DNA of 64,000 nt from Burkholderiales bacterium (GCA_030602985.1 JAUVYR010000001.1:1078-65077), one strand, 5' to 3'. Counted from the first letter of the stretch, positions 9,072 to 19,015 are shown. Program-made: numbers and translations. The notes: generated by a model not told the origin, from the sequence alone.

Positions 9072-9707
9072 CTACACAGCCGGCTTCTGGGTGCGCGCCA
9101 TGGCGGTGGCGAGGTCGGCCTGACCCGCGGCCTGCAGTGCGGCCACCGCGCCCAGCCTGTCGGCAGCGTCCTTGTTCTGGCTGAGCTTGGCCTTGCCTTC
9201 GAGCCGGGTGACAGCGATCTCGATGCCCACGATGGCGCGAAGCATGGCGTCGAGATAGTCCGGCGGAGCGTCGCCCATTTTCCAAGGCTGGGGCTGCGTG
9301 GCTTCATGCGCACGCGTCAGGCGGGCGACCACCCCGCGCACAAAGCGCTCGTCGTCGCGAACGGTGAGGCGGCCATGCACGTGAACCACCTCCTAGTTCC
9401 AGGTGGGCACCTGGCGATGCGTCGCCAGCTTGCTGGGATACCAGTTGGGCGAGATGTAACCCTCCACCCCACGGAACACCACCAGCACATCGGCACCGTC
9501 GCGACACTGTTGCCACAATGGGTTGGCGCGAGCCACATGGCCGGTCAGGGTGCCCAGTGGCCCATGGGCAGGGTCGTACTCGAACGGTATGTGATTGGCA
9601 TCGAGTCCCTCAGGGCCGTGGGTGACCAACACGCCGAGTGGGCGCTCGCGCAGGAGTCGGAGGACAGCCTGCGTGTCCGTCAGCTGAAAGTGGGGCGGGG
9701 TGTACAC
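9072..9707 (-). pseudogene. PaiB-family FMN-binding negative transcriptional regulator, interrupted by an in-frame TAG
   Basis: Two ORFs in the same frame (9393..9770 and 9072..9389) are separated only by TAG at 9393-9395 (...QVPTWN*EVVHVHGRL...). The GTG start at 9707 gives MYTPPHFQ. Confidence 0.7.
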
Positions 9708-9708
9708 G

Positions 9709-10284
9709 TCAGGCCTCGCCGCGCTGCATGCGCTCGCTTTTCCAGTACACGTCGTCGCCGCCCTGTCCATCCGGCCTGTGGCGGTTGAGCACCCGCGCCA
9801 GCACGAACATCAGGTCGCTCAGGCGGTTGAGGTACTGGCGCGGCGCATCGTTGATGGCCTCTTCCTGCCCCAGGGCCACCACGTGCCGCTCGGCCCGCCG
9901 CGCCACGGTGCGACAGATATGGGCCTGTGAGGCGGCCCGCGTGCCTGCCGGCAGGATGAATTCCTGCAGACGGGGCAACTGGGCGTTGTAGTGTTCCAGG
10001 GCCTCGTCCAGGGCCTGCACCGCTTCGGCCTTGAGCAGCTCAAAGCCGGGCACGCTCAACTCGCCGCCCAGGTTGAACAGCTGGTGCTGGATCTCAACCA
10101 GCAAGTCACGCACGTCCGTTGGCAGCTCTTCGCACAGTAGCAGACCGATATGGGAATTGAGTTCGTCCACATCGCCCATGGCGTGCACGCGCAGACTGTT
10201 CTTGCTGACGCGCTGGTTGTTGCCCAGTCCGGTGGTGCCGGCATCACCGGTGCGGGTGGCAATCTGTGTCAATCGGTTACCCAT
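9709..10284 (-). CDS. PduO-type ATP:cob(I)alamin adenosyltransferase
   Basis: IATRTGDAGTTGLGNNQRVSKNSLRVHAMGDVDELNSHIGLL. Start at ATG 10284. Confidence 0.88.
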   Translation of the reverse strand: MGNRLTQIATRTGDAGTTGLGNNQRVSKNSLRVHAMGDVDELNSHIGLLLCEELPTDVRDLLVEIQHQLFNLGGELSVPGFELLKAEAVQALDEALEHYNAQLPRLQEFILPAGTRAASQAHICRTVARRAERHVVALGQEEAINDAPRQYLNRLSDLMFVLARVLNRHRPDGQGGDDVYWKSERMQRGEA

Positions 10285-10378
10285 CAAGGCCTCCAGGGGT
10301 TGTAAAGCGATAATCCCTGCATTATCCTGACCCTGGTCCGCCCCTGAGTTGCATATGGGCAGACGACGGAGACTTGCC

Positions 10379-11797
10379 ATGAACGCCCCACTGCCCACTC
10401 ACCTCTTGCCTCAAGTGGATCTGCGCCCGGTGCCAGACGCCTTTCTGGAGGCGCTGAAAGCGCGTTTTGGCGCCAACTGCTCCACGGCCCTCGTGGTGCG
10501 TGAACAACATGGTCGCGACGAATCGCCGTTCACGACCGTGCCGCCACCGGCCGCCGTCGTCTTTGCTGAATCCACTCAGGATGTGGCCGATGCAATTGCA
10601 TTGTGTGCATCGCACCGCGTGCCTGTGATTCCTTATGGCGTGGGCTCTTCGCTCGAAGGTCATTTGCTGGCCGTGCAGGGGGGTATCAGCATCGATGTCA
10701 GCCGCATGAACCGGGTGCTGAGCATCAACGCCGAAGACCTCACCGTGACGGTCCAGCCGGGCGTCACGCGCAAGCAACTGAACGAGGCCGTCAAGGACCA
10801 GGGCCTGTTTTTCCCGATCGATCCGGGGGCGGATGCCTCCATCGGCGGCATGGCCGCCACCCGCGCCAGCGGCACCAACGCCGTGCGCTACGGCACCATG
10901 CGCGAAAACGTGCTGGCCCTGGAGGTGGTGACCGCCCAGGGGCGGGTGATCCGCACCGGCACGCGGGCCAAGAAGTCCAGTGCCGGCTACGACCTCACGC
11001 GGCTCATGGTGGGCAGCGAAGGCACCCTGGGGGTGATCACTGAAGTCACGCTGAAGCTCTACCCCCTGCCCGAAGCCATTTCGGCCGCTGTGTGCTCCTT
11101 CCCGAGCATCGAAGCGGCCGTGCGCACCACGATCGCCATCATCCAGATGGGTATTCCGATTGCCCGCTGCGAATTGCTGGATGCCGCCAGCGTACGCGCC
11201 GTGAACGTGCATTCCAAATTGTCGTTGCGCGAAGAGCCGATGCTCCTGATGGAGTTTCACGGCTCACCGTCCAGCGTACAGGAGCAGGCCGAGTGGGTGC
11301 AAGACATTGCCCAGGACCACGGCGCCGAGGCCTTTGAGTGGGCCACCACGCCAGAAGAGCGCACCCGCCTGTGGACCGCACGGCATAACGCCTACTTTGC
11401 CGCCATTCAGAGCAAACCGGGCTGCAAAGCCGTGACGACTGACACCTGCGTGCCCATCAGCCGGCTGGCCGACTGCCTGCTGGACTCCGTGACGGAGGCC
11501 GATGCGGCCGGCCTGCCCTACTTCCTGGTGGGCCATGTGGGTGACGGCAACTTCCATTTCGGTTACCTGATCGACCCTGACAACCCGCAGGAACGCGAAA
11601 CCGCTGAACAGCTGAACCATCAGCTGGTCACCCGTGCGCTGGCACTGGGTGGCACCTGCACGGGGGAACACGGTGTGGGTCTTCACAAGATGGGATTTCT
11701 GCTGGTGGAGGCCGGCGCGGGCGCCATCGACATGATGCGCACCATCAAGCAGGCCTTGGACCCGGACAACATTCTCAATCCCGGCAAGATTTTCTGA
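10379..11797 (+). CDS. FAD-binding oxidase (GlcD / D-lactate dehydrogenase family)
   Basis: FAD-binding PCMH-type N-terminus (VIPYGVGSSLEGH), C-terminal GTCTGEHGVGLHK, and ending DPDNILNPGKIF. Confidence 0.88.
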   Translation: MNAPLPTHLLPQVDLRPVPDAFLEALKARFGANCSTALVVREQHGRDESPFTTVPPPAAVVFAESTQDVADAIALCASHRVPVIPYGVGSSLEGHLLAVQGGISIDVSRMNRVLSINAEDLTVTVQPGVTRKQLNEAVKDQGLFFPIDPGADASIGGMAATRASGTNAVRYGTMRENVLALEVVTAQGRVIRTGTRAKKSSAGYDLTRLMVGSEGTLGVITEVTLKLYPLPEAISAAVCSFPSIEAAVRTTIAIIQMGIPIARCELLDAASVRAVNVHSKLSLREEPMLLMEFHGSPSSVQEQAEWVQDIAQDHGAEAFEWATTPEERTRLWTARHNAYFAAIQSKPGCKAVTTDTCVPISRLADCLLDSVTEADAAGLPYFLVGHVGDGNFHFGYLIDPDNPQERETAEQLNHQLVTRALALGGTCTGEHGVGLHKMGFLLVEAGAGAIDMMRTIKQALDPDNILNPGKIF

Positions 11798-14700
11798 GTG
11801 ACGGACACATCCAACCCCTCACCCACGCCATATCGTCGAGTCAACGGCCCCTCGTTCGCCCTGACGATTGCGCTCGTCTACGCCGCCTTTGGTGCGCTGT
11901 GGATTCTCCTGTCTGACACCCTGCTAGGCTGGCTGCTGCAGGACCGCGATCTGCTGTTGCTGGTCAGCACCATCAAGGGTTGGGTGTATGTCTTTCTCAG
12001 TGCGTTGCTGATCTTCGTGGTGGCCATGCGCTTCCAGCGTCCTCGCGAACGGGCTCCCAGTACCACCGACTGGCAGATGCGGACCCCATGGCTGGCCCTG
12101 GGCGTGACCTCGCTATCGATCGTGGGGGTGATCCTGACCAGTGTGGTGCAGACATGGAATCAGGAACACCAGCAGATGGAGCGCGTGATGCGCGCCACCG
12201 GACAGGGCATGGCACAGCGCCTGGCCGACTGGCACAAGGAACGGCTGATCACGGCCCAGCAGATTGAAAAACGGCTGCTGGTGGCAGAACTGTGGACGCA
12301 ATACCGTCAGCGCCCCGACCCCGATACGCTGGACCGTCTCACGCAGGCGTTGAGTATCCATCTGTCTATGAAGGACGTCACCGGACTGACGCTGCTTGAC
12401 GCCAATGGCCAAGCTGTATGGCGCTCAAGTCATACCAGCACGCCCTTACCGCCAGAACCCGCCCTGTTACGGATGGAACAGCGCCTGATGCGCCGTGAGG
12501 CAGGCTGGATCGGCCCGCTAACTGATGCCGATGGCCAGTTGCGCGTGGATTACTATGACTGGATCGCGCCTCAAGCGGACTCCCCCGCGCTGTTGCTGAT
12601 CCATGTAAACGCCTCACGGATTCTGCAAGAAGTGCTGGACGACTGGAGCGCCGTGGAGACAGCAGGCCGGGCCCACTTGCGCTCGGCAGACCACCCGGCT
12701 GCCCCTTGGCTGGAAGTGCCAACACGGCCAGAAGCAGCCTCGACATCTGGTCGTGTCCTGTCTGTCGAATATCCAGTCACCGGGACTGACTGGGTCGTGG
12801 CACTCGAGGTGGACACCCGACTGATCTGGGCGCAGGTGCTGCGCCGAGGGGGCTTGTTCACCCTGGCGGGCTTGCTGGGTATTTTCAGTGCCTTCGCGGT
12901 GGCCTACCTGGTCCTGCAACGGCGGGCCTTGGCTCAGCGTGCGATGGCACTTGAACGGCTGAAGGAATCACAGGCGCAGCTGAGTACCAGTGAGTCGCGC
13001 TATCGGCTGCTGGCGGAAAACGCCGCTGATGTGGTCTGGCTCATGGATCTGAAGACCCAGCGGTTCGTTTACGTGAGTCCTTCTGTTGAGCGGATGACCG
13101 GCTTTACGCCGCAGGAAGTGATGGACCGCCCCCTGGAGGCGCTGGTGGCGCCGGACTCGCTGATGAAGCTGAACAACCTGCTGCAGTCGCATCTGACCCG
13201 GTTTGACGAGGGCGATGACACGGCTGTACAGGCCGTCCTCGAACTGGAGCTGTATCACCGCCAAGGGCACACGATAGGTGGCGAAATATCGGCGCGTCTG
13301 GTGCTGGATGCGTCCGGTCGACCGGTACAGGCCCAGGGGGTCACACGTGACCTCAGCGAACGCCGCCGGTCAGAACACCAGATCCGTATGCTCTCGCAGG
13401 CGACGGAGCAAAGTCCGGTCTCGGTCATCATCACCAACGCACGGGGGTTGATCGAATACGTCAACCCAGCCTTTGAACGCATGAGCGGCTATGCCCGTCA
13501 CGAAGTCATCGGCCATAACCCCAGACTGCTACAGTCCAGCCGGACGCCACGGGACACCTACCGGCGAATGTGGGACGCCTTGTCGCAAGGGCAGCCCTGG
13601 CATGGGGAGCTGGTGAACAAGCGCAAAGGGGGTGGGCATTATCTGCAATCGGTCACGATTGCGCCCTTGCGCAATGAGCGGCAAGAGGTGGTGCAGTACA
13701 TCTCGGTGCAGATGGACATCACCGCGCAACGTGCAGCCGAGGAGCGCCTCGAACTGCTGGCGTGGTTCGACCCGATGACCGGCCTGCCCAACCGGCACCG
13801 GCTGCTGGAAGACATCACCCAGGCCCTGGGGGCAGCGCTGACCCGGCGTGATCATCTGGGGCTCATCATCCTCAACGTGGACCGGTTCAAGTCCATCAAC
13901 GACGCGCTGGGCCGGGCTTCTGGCGATCAGGTGCTGCAAGCGGTGGCAGATCGCCTGCGACCACTGGTGCATGCCGGCGATGTGCTGGCGCATCTGAATG
14001 GCGATGAATTTGGCCTGCTGGTGCCTGCGCTGGGCCGCGATGTCAGTCTGGCCAACGATCAGCTGCTCCGGCGCGCAGAGGCCATTCATCAGCAGATGGA
14101 AGCTCCCTTGCAAATGACGATCGACACCCTGGCAGTCACACTGAGTATCGGTATCACGCTGGTGGGCACCACGGCCGATGACAGTGCAGTCGAAGCCCTT
14201 CGACGTGCAGACACCGCTTTGCACCGTGCCAAGGAAGCCGGGGGCCACCAGACCGCCTTCTTCGATGCCGACATGGGCCAGCTGGCCTCTGAGCGCTTTG
14301 CCATCGAGCAGGACCTGCGTCGCGGCATAGAAGCCGGTGAATTGCAGCTCTACCTGCAACCGCAGGTCAACAATCAGCGACGGGTGGTTGGCGCCGAAGC
14401 GCTGGTTCGCTGGGCGCACCCGGACAAGGGGCTGATCAGCCCGGCACTGTTCATCCCCGTGGCCGAGAATTCAGGCCTGATCAGCCCCATCGGGCAATGG
14501 GTGCTGGAAGAGGTGTGCCGCCTGCTCGCCCAGCTACAGCAGGCTGGACGGCGTCTGACCATCGCCGTCAACATCAGCCCCCGGCAGTTCCACCAGGTGG
14601 ACTTTGGCGTCAAGCTGTTGAAGTTGCTGGAGGATACCGGGGCGCCACCCGGTGATCTGGTGCTCGAAATCACTGAAGGGGTGGTGATGCGCGAAGTGGA

Positions 14701-15055
14701 CGCGGTGGTGCGGCGCATGAACGAGCTGACCCGTCACGGCATCCGCTTCTCGATCGACGACTTCGGCACCGGCTATTCCTCGCTGTCGTATCTGAAACGT
14801 CTGCCCATCCACGAGCTGAAGATTGACCGCAGCTTTGTGCAGGATGCCCCCACCAGTGCCAACGATGCCGCGCTGGTGGAAGCGATCCTCTCAGTGGCCA
14901 GACACATGCGGTTGAATGTGGTGGCAGAAGGCGTGGAAACCGAGGCGCAGGCCGAATTTCTGACCCAACGGGCCCAACTCGTGCAGCAAGGCTACCTGTA
15001 CGGCCGGCCAGAGCCTGCGCATACTTTCATGAAGCGCTGGCTGTCAGATCTGTAA
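11798..15055 (+). CDS. Membrane sensor with two PAS domains, degenerate GGDEF (NGDEF) and EAL domain (c-di-GMP phosphodiesterase type)
   Basis: TM segments plus PAS/PAC (SESRYRLLAENAADVVW; ITNARGLIEYVNPAFERMSGY). The GGDEF position reads NGDEF (13997-14011). EAL motifs EALVRW and DDFGTGYSSL are present. Confidence 0.9.
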   Translation: MTDTSNPSPTPYRRVNGPSFALTIALVYAAFGALWILLSDTLLGWLLQDRDLLLLVSTIKGWVYVFLSALLIFVVAMRFQRPRERAPSTTDWQMRTPWLALGVTSLSIVGVILTSVVQTWNQEHQQMERVMRATGQGMAQRLADWHKERLITAQQIEKRLLVAELWTQYRQRPDPDTLDRLTQALSIHLSMKDVTGLTLLDANGQAVWRSSHTSTPLPPEPALLRMEQRLMRREAGWIGPLTDADGQLRVDYYDWIAPQADSPALLLIHVNASRILQEVLDDWSAVETAGRAHLRSADHPAAPWLEVPTRPEAASTSGRVLSVEYPVTGTDWVVALEVDTRLIWAQVLRRGGLFTLAGLLGIFSAFAVAYLVLQRRALAQRAMALERLKESQAQLSTSESRYRLLAENAADVVWLMDLKTQRFVYVSPSVERMTGFTPQEVMDRPLEALVAPDSLMKLNNLLQSHLTRFDEGDDTAVQAVLELELYHRQGHTIGGEISARLVLDASGRPVQAQGVTRDLSERRRSEHQIRMLSQATEQSPVSVIITNARGLIEYVNPAFERMSGYARHEVIGHNPRLLQSSRTPRDTYRRMWDALSQGQPWHGELVNKRKGGGHYLQSVTIAPLRNERQEVVQYISVQMDITAQRAAEERLELLAWFDPMTGLPNRHRLLEDITQALGAALTRRDHLGLIILNVDRFKSINDALGRASGDQVLQAVADRLRPLVHAGDVLAHLNGDEFGLLVPALGRDVSLANDQLLRRAEAIHQQMEAPLQMTIDTLAVTLSIGITLVGTTADDSAVEALRRADTALHRAKEAGGHQTAFFDADMGQLASERFAIEQDLRRGIEAGELQLYLQPQVNNQRRVVGAEALVRWAHPDKGLISPALFIPVAENSGLISPIGQWVLEEVCRLLAQLQQAGRRLTIAVNISPRQFHQVDFGVKLLKLLEDTGAPPGDLVLEITEGVVMREVDAVVRRMNELTRHGIRFSIDDFGTGYSSLSYLKRLPIHELKIDRSFVQDAPTSANDAALVEAILSVARHMRLNVVAEGVETEAQAEFLTQRAQLVQQGYLYGRPEPAHTFMKRWLSDL

Positions 15056-15800
15056 CGCTATCGGTAGGCGGCATCTGATACAACCACACGGAACGGCCGT
15101 CTGGACAGGTCCACGTCGCCGTGGGGGGCTCATCCGGGACGGCGAACTCGAGGCTGGCCAGCCAGGCGCCAGGTGACATCTCGGCACGGGCTTTGGCCAT
15201 GGCCGGGGCCATGGTTTCCGGGCGTTGAAATACGTACACCAGGTCGGCATCCGCCCAGGAATGGCGCCACATGTCGCCTTGCCGGATACGTGCAGAGGGG
15301 CAACGCAGACGCGACAGCCAGACCAGTGGCCAGCTGCGTTCAACCCCCATCAGTCGGGCGTCGGGATAAGCCTGCTCCAGGGCCTTCAGGCCGTCACCCA
15401 CGCCGGAACCGACATCCAGAATACGTGCCATGGGGGGCAGTGGAGCCACGTCGCGCAAACCATCCAGCGCGTCGGTGGGCGTGGGAAACAGCGGTGCGTC
15501 TCCCCAGGTGCTGGGCGGGTACAACACCAGCACCATGAAAGCCACGCCCAGCCATAAGCCTGCAGGCACGTCGGCCACCCCCTGCGACAAAGCCCACGAC
15601 AATGGAAAGCCCACAGCCATGAGCAGCCGACGCCATGGCACAGGCTGCAACCAGGCACAGACAGCCCCTGCCAGGACAGCCGCCAGCAAGGCACGGCCGC
15701 TATCGGCGCCCCAGGTCATCAGCACGCCATACACAGCCCAGGCACCCAGCCAGACCAGCAAGGCCGGCAGAGGCCAGGGCCAATCCAGCCAGCGTCTCAT
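15027..15800 (-). CDS. Membrane-anchored class I SAM-dependent methyltransferase
   Basis: Three or four N-terminal TM helices, then ILDVGSGVGDG. It starts 13 nt after the parB stop and overlaps the convergent EAL gene by 29 bp. Confidence 0.7.
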   Translation of the reverse strand: MRRWLDWPWPLPALLVWLGAWAVYGVLMTWGADSGRALLAAVLAGAVCAWLQPVPWRRLLMAVGFPLSWALSQGVADVPAGLWLGVAFMVLVLYPPSTWGDAPLFPTPTDALDGLRDVAPLPPMARILDVGSGVGDGLKALEQAYPDARLMGVERSWPLVWLSRLRCPSARIRQGDMWRHSWADADLVYVFQRPETMAPAMAKARAEMSPGAWLASLEFAVPDEPPTATWTCPDGRSVWLYQMPPTDSVTDLTASAS

Positions 15801-15813
15801 CACACGACGACGT

Positions 15814-16791
15814 TCAATGCCCACGCAGTCGCTCGATCAAGCCGTTGAGCGCGTCCAGCGAGCCAAACTGGATAGCCAGTTCGCCCTGTTCCTCGACCCG
15901 GCCGTGGCGCTTGACGCGCTTTTTCACCCGCACCTCGACCGCGGCGGTGAGCAGGTCCGACAGTTCCTCCTCCACCCGGCGGATGTCGCGTGACTTGTCC
16001 TTCTTGGGTTTGAGCGGCGTCAGGGTGAACTCGGCCCCGAGCTTCTTGACCAGCCCCTCCGCCTCCCGAACCGACAGCGATTTCGCGCTGATCTGGTGCG
16101 CGGCGGTGATCTGTGTGGCCTTGTCCAGCGACAGCAAGGCTCGGGCATGACCCATGTCGATGTCGCCAGCCATGAGCATGGTCTGTACCGGCTCGGCCAG
16201 ATTCAGCAGGCGCAGCAGGTTGCTGGCCGCGCTGCGAGACCGCCCAACGGCCTGGGCCGCCTGTTCGTGAGTGAGTCCACACTCACGCACCAAGCGTTGC
16301 AAACCCTGGGCTTCTTCCAGGGGGTTGAGGTCTTCACGCTGGATGTTTTCGATCAGCGCCATGGCCGCAGCGGCCTCATTGGGCACATCGCGCACCAGCA
16401 CCGGCACGCTGTCCAGTCCGGCCAGCCGGGCAGCGCGGAAACGGCGTTCACCCGCAATGATTTCGTACACAGGCCGGGCGCCACGCGGCACCGCCGGCAG
16501 GCCCTGGGCCTGGCACCAGTCGGTCAGTCGGCGCTCGCCGTCGGCGTCATCCAGCCGGCGCACCAGGATCGGTTGCATGATGCCCTGGCTGCGGATGCTT
16601 TCGGCCAGTTCGTAGAGCGCGCCCTCGTCCATGCGGGTGCGGGGCTGATAGGTGCCGGGGACCAGATCGGTCAGGGCCAGGGTCGACGGCAGATCGCGTT
16701 GCGCCATGTCCAGGTTGGACGCATCGTCGAGCTTCGGGCCCAACAAGGCTTCCAGGCCGCGGCCCAGGCCTTTGGATTTTTTGGTGACCAT
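15814..16791 (-). CDS. parB: Chromosome partitioning protein ParB
   Basis: KGLGRGLEALLG, ParB box GERRFRAARLAG, and HTH LTHEQAAQAVGRSRSAASNLLRLL. AAGGAGG lies upstream of the ATG. Confidence 0.95.
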   Translation of the reverse strand: MVTKKSKGLGRGLEALLGPKLDDASNLDMAQRDLPSTLALTDLVPGTYQPRTRMDEGALYELAESIRSQGIMQPILVRRLDDADGERRLTDWCQAQGLPAVPRGARPVYEIIAGERRFRAARLAGLDSVPVLVRDVPNEAAAAMALIENIQREDLNPLEEAQGLQRLVRECGLTHEQAAQAVGRSRSAASNLLRLLNLAEPVQTMLMAGDIDMGHARALLSLDKATQITAAHQISAKSLSVREAEGLVKKLGAEFTLTPLKPKKDKSRDIRRVEEELSDLLTAAVEVRVKKRVKRHGRVEEQGELAIQFGSLDALNGLIERLRGH

Positions 16792-16801
16792 GGGTTCCTC
16801 C

Positions 16802-17392
16802 TTATGGATTCATGAGATGCGGGGCCAGCCAGGGCTGAAGCCACTGACGCCCCTCGGGCCAGTCGCCCAAGCCGGATTCGGCGTTGATATGCCCATACGG
16901 CCCCAGATCGTGCCACTGGCTGCCCCAGTCCGCCGCCATCTGCCGGGCGCGGTCCAGCGTGCAGTAGGGGTCGTTCTGACTGCCCACCAGCACCGAAGGG
17001 AATGGCAACGCCTGGCGCACGATCGGGCGCCATCCGGGCAGAGGCGGCACCGGCCCTCCATCCACCTCCACATCGCCCGGCGCCACCAGCAGTGCTCCGC
17101 ATACCTGGGCCGTGTGTCGCGACACACTCGCCCAGGCGGCCACCAGCAGGCAACCCAGGCTGTGTGCCACCAGCACAACAGGTCGCGCCTGGGACTGAAC
17201 CACCTCATCCAGGCGGGCCATCCAGTCGCCTCGGCGCGGACACTCCCAGTCGTGCTGCTCCACGCGGATATCGCCATAAAGCGCCTCCCAGCGGCTTTGC
17301 CAATGGTCAGGGCCGCTGTTGCGCCAACCCGGCAATTGCAGAATGACCGGCTGGCTGCCCTCAGCGCCTGGATGTACGGGTAGGGGGATCAT
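16802..17392 (-). CDS. Alpha/beta serine hydrolase (YdeN/RBBP9-like)
   Basis: Nucleophile elbow VAHSLGC and family-typical size (~196 aa). ATGA overlap with the parA stop. Its own stop is embedded in the parB Shine-Dalgarno. Confidence 0.75.
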   Translation of the reverse strand: MIPLPVHPGAEGSQPVILQLPGWRNSGPDHWQSRWEALYGDIRVEQHDWECPRRGDWMARLDEVVQSQARPVVLVAHSLGCLLVAAWASVSRHTAQVCGALLVAPGDVEVDGGPVPPLPGWRPIVRQALPFPSVLVGSQNDPYCTLDRARQMAADWGSQWHDLGPYGHINAESGLGDWPEGRQWLQPWLAPHLMNP

Positions 17393-18162
17393 GGCAACGT
17401 GTCGATACGGCGCACCATTTCACGGGCAAAGTCGATGAACGCCTTGCTTCCGCGCGCCGACGGGTCAAACACCACCCCGGGCAGGCCATAGCTGGGAGCC
17501 TCGGCCAGGCGCACGTTGCGCGGGATGACGGTGTCAAACACCTTGTCCCCGAAGCGTTCCTTGAGCTGGTCACTGACCTGTTGCTGCAAGGTGATGCGCG
17601 GGTCGAACATGACGCGCAGCAAACCAATGACCTTGAGGTCGCGGTTCAGGTTGGCGTGCACCTGCTTGATGGTGTTGACCAGATCGGCCAGCCCTTCCAG
17701 GGCAAAGTACTCGCACTGCATGGGCACGACCACGCCGTTGGCGGCGCACAAGCCGTTGAGCGTCAGCATGGACAGGGACGGTGGGCAGTCGATCAGCACA
17801 AAATCGTAGTCGGCGTCGACCGCAGCGAGCGCCTGCTTCAGTCGCTTCTCGCGTTGCTCCAGCTCGACCAGTTCCACTTCTGCACCGGCCAGCTCCCGGT
17901 TGGCCCCGAGCACATGGTAGCCACAGGCTTCGGCCAGTACCGCCGCCTGGGCCACCGTGGCTTCGCCCAGCAAGACGTCGTACAGGCTGAGCGCAAGATC
18001 CCGCTTGTTGATCCCAGATCCCATGGTGGCGTTGCCCTGCGGGTCAAGGTCGACCATCAGCACCCGTTGCCCGACCTTGGCCAGCCCCGCCGCCAGATTG
18101 ACCGTGGTGGTAGTCTTGCCGACGCCACCCTTCTGATTCGCGATGCAGAATATTTTTGCCAT
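17389..18162 (-). CDS. parA: Chromosome partitioning ATPase ParA (Soj)
   Basis: Deviant Walker [13 protein letters not shown], with DLDPQGNAT and IDCPPSL. Confidence 0.95.
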   Translation of the reverse strand: MAKIFCIANQKGGVGKTTTTVNLAAGLAKVGQRVLMVDLDPQGNATMGSGINKRDLALSLYDVLLGEATVAQAAVLAEACGYHVLGANRELAGAEVELVELEQREKRLKQALAAVDADYDFVLIDCPPSLSMLTLNGLCAANGVVVPMQCEYFALEGLADLVNTIKQVHANLNRDLKVIGLLRVMFDPRITLQQQVSDQLKERFGDKVFDTVIPRNVRLAEAPSYGLPGVVFDPSARGSKAFIDFAREMVRRIDTLP

Positions 18163-18177
18163 GGTGTGGAGTGTCGC

Positions 18178-18792
18178 TTATCGGGACAAGGCCAGCCGTA
18201 TCCCGAATCCGATCAGGAACAGGCCCGCCAGCTTATTGAACACCTGACTGACGCGGGGGCTGGCCTGCAGCCGTTGGGCCAACTGGCGGGTGAGCAGCAC
18301 CACGGCCAGACCGTAGAGAAACGTGAGGACGGCGATGGTGGCGGCCATGAAGCCAAAAGTCAACAAGCCCTGGTGTTGCTGCGGGTGAACAAACAAGGGA
18401 AAGAAGGCCATGTAGAACACGATGGCCTTGGGATTCAGCAAGGTGATGGTGAGGGCTTGACGGAAGTAATGTCGCGGATGGATGTGGAGGATGGGCTTGT
18501 CCCCAGGCCGGGCTTTGAGCATCAGGAAGCCTAGCCAGGCCAGATAGGCGGCACCGAGCCACTGCACGAGGTGAAAGGCGGTCGGATACGCCAGCAGCAG
18601 GGCCGCCACGCCGGCCACGGCCAGCCACATGAGCACCTGATCGCCAGCGATCACACCCAGGGTGGCCCCCAGTCCAGCAGGCACGCCCCCTTTGCTGGTG
18701 GATGTGACCAGCGCCAGATTGCCTGGTCCAGGGATGGCCAGGAACACGAGGACGGCGATCACAAAGGCGCCGTAGTCGGCAACACCGAACAT
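18178..18792 (-). CDS. LysE/RhtB family amino-acid exporter
   Basis: About 200 aa with six hydrophobic segments. N-terminus FLAIPGPGNLALV is typical of the LysE family. Confidence 0.85.
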   Translation of the reverse strand: MFGVADYGAFVIAVLVFLAIPGPGNLALVTSTSKGGVPAGLGATLGVIAGDQVLMWLAVAGVAALLLAYPTAFHLVQWLGAAYLAWLGFLMLKARPGDKPILHIHPRHYFRQALTITLLNPKAIVFYMAFFPLFVHPQQHQGLLTFGFMAATIAVLTFLYGLAVVLLTRQLAQRLQASPRVSQVFNKLAGLFLIGFGIRLALSR

Positions 18793-19015
18793 GCGATGGG
18801 CTTCTTTCTATGGATGGTTTTTGTCACACTGCCTTCGAAAAGGGTGACTTGGAGGGTCTGAGTTTACGTGGTTTCGCTGGTGGGATGTCTGTTTGATGAG
18901 GGTTGGGGTGGGCGCTGTGTTGGCGGCCAAGGTGCGCGCGCCCAGGCACTGACGCTTCAGCGAGGTGGCCGGTGCTGTGCACCGGCTTCCCTGCGATGCT
19001 CGATGCCCTGGCCAT

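Noticed and set aside
9374-9389. parS-like CATGCACGTGAACCAC. Similar partial matches occur at 49948..49963 (CGGGTCCACGTGGGTA) and near 24486 (CTCCACGTGG).
   Set aside because: Only the central CACGTG and a few flanking bases match (about 9-11 of 16). A CACGTG core is expected by chance in 64 kb of GC-rich DNA.
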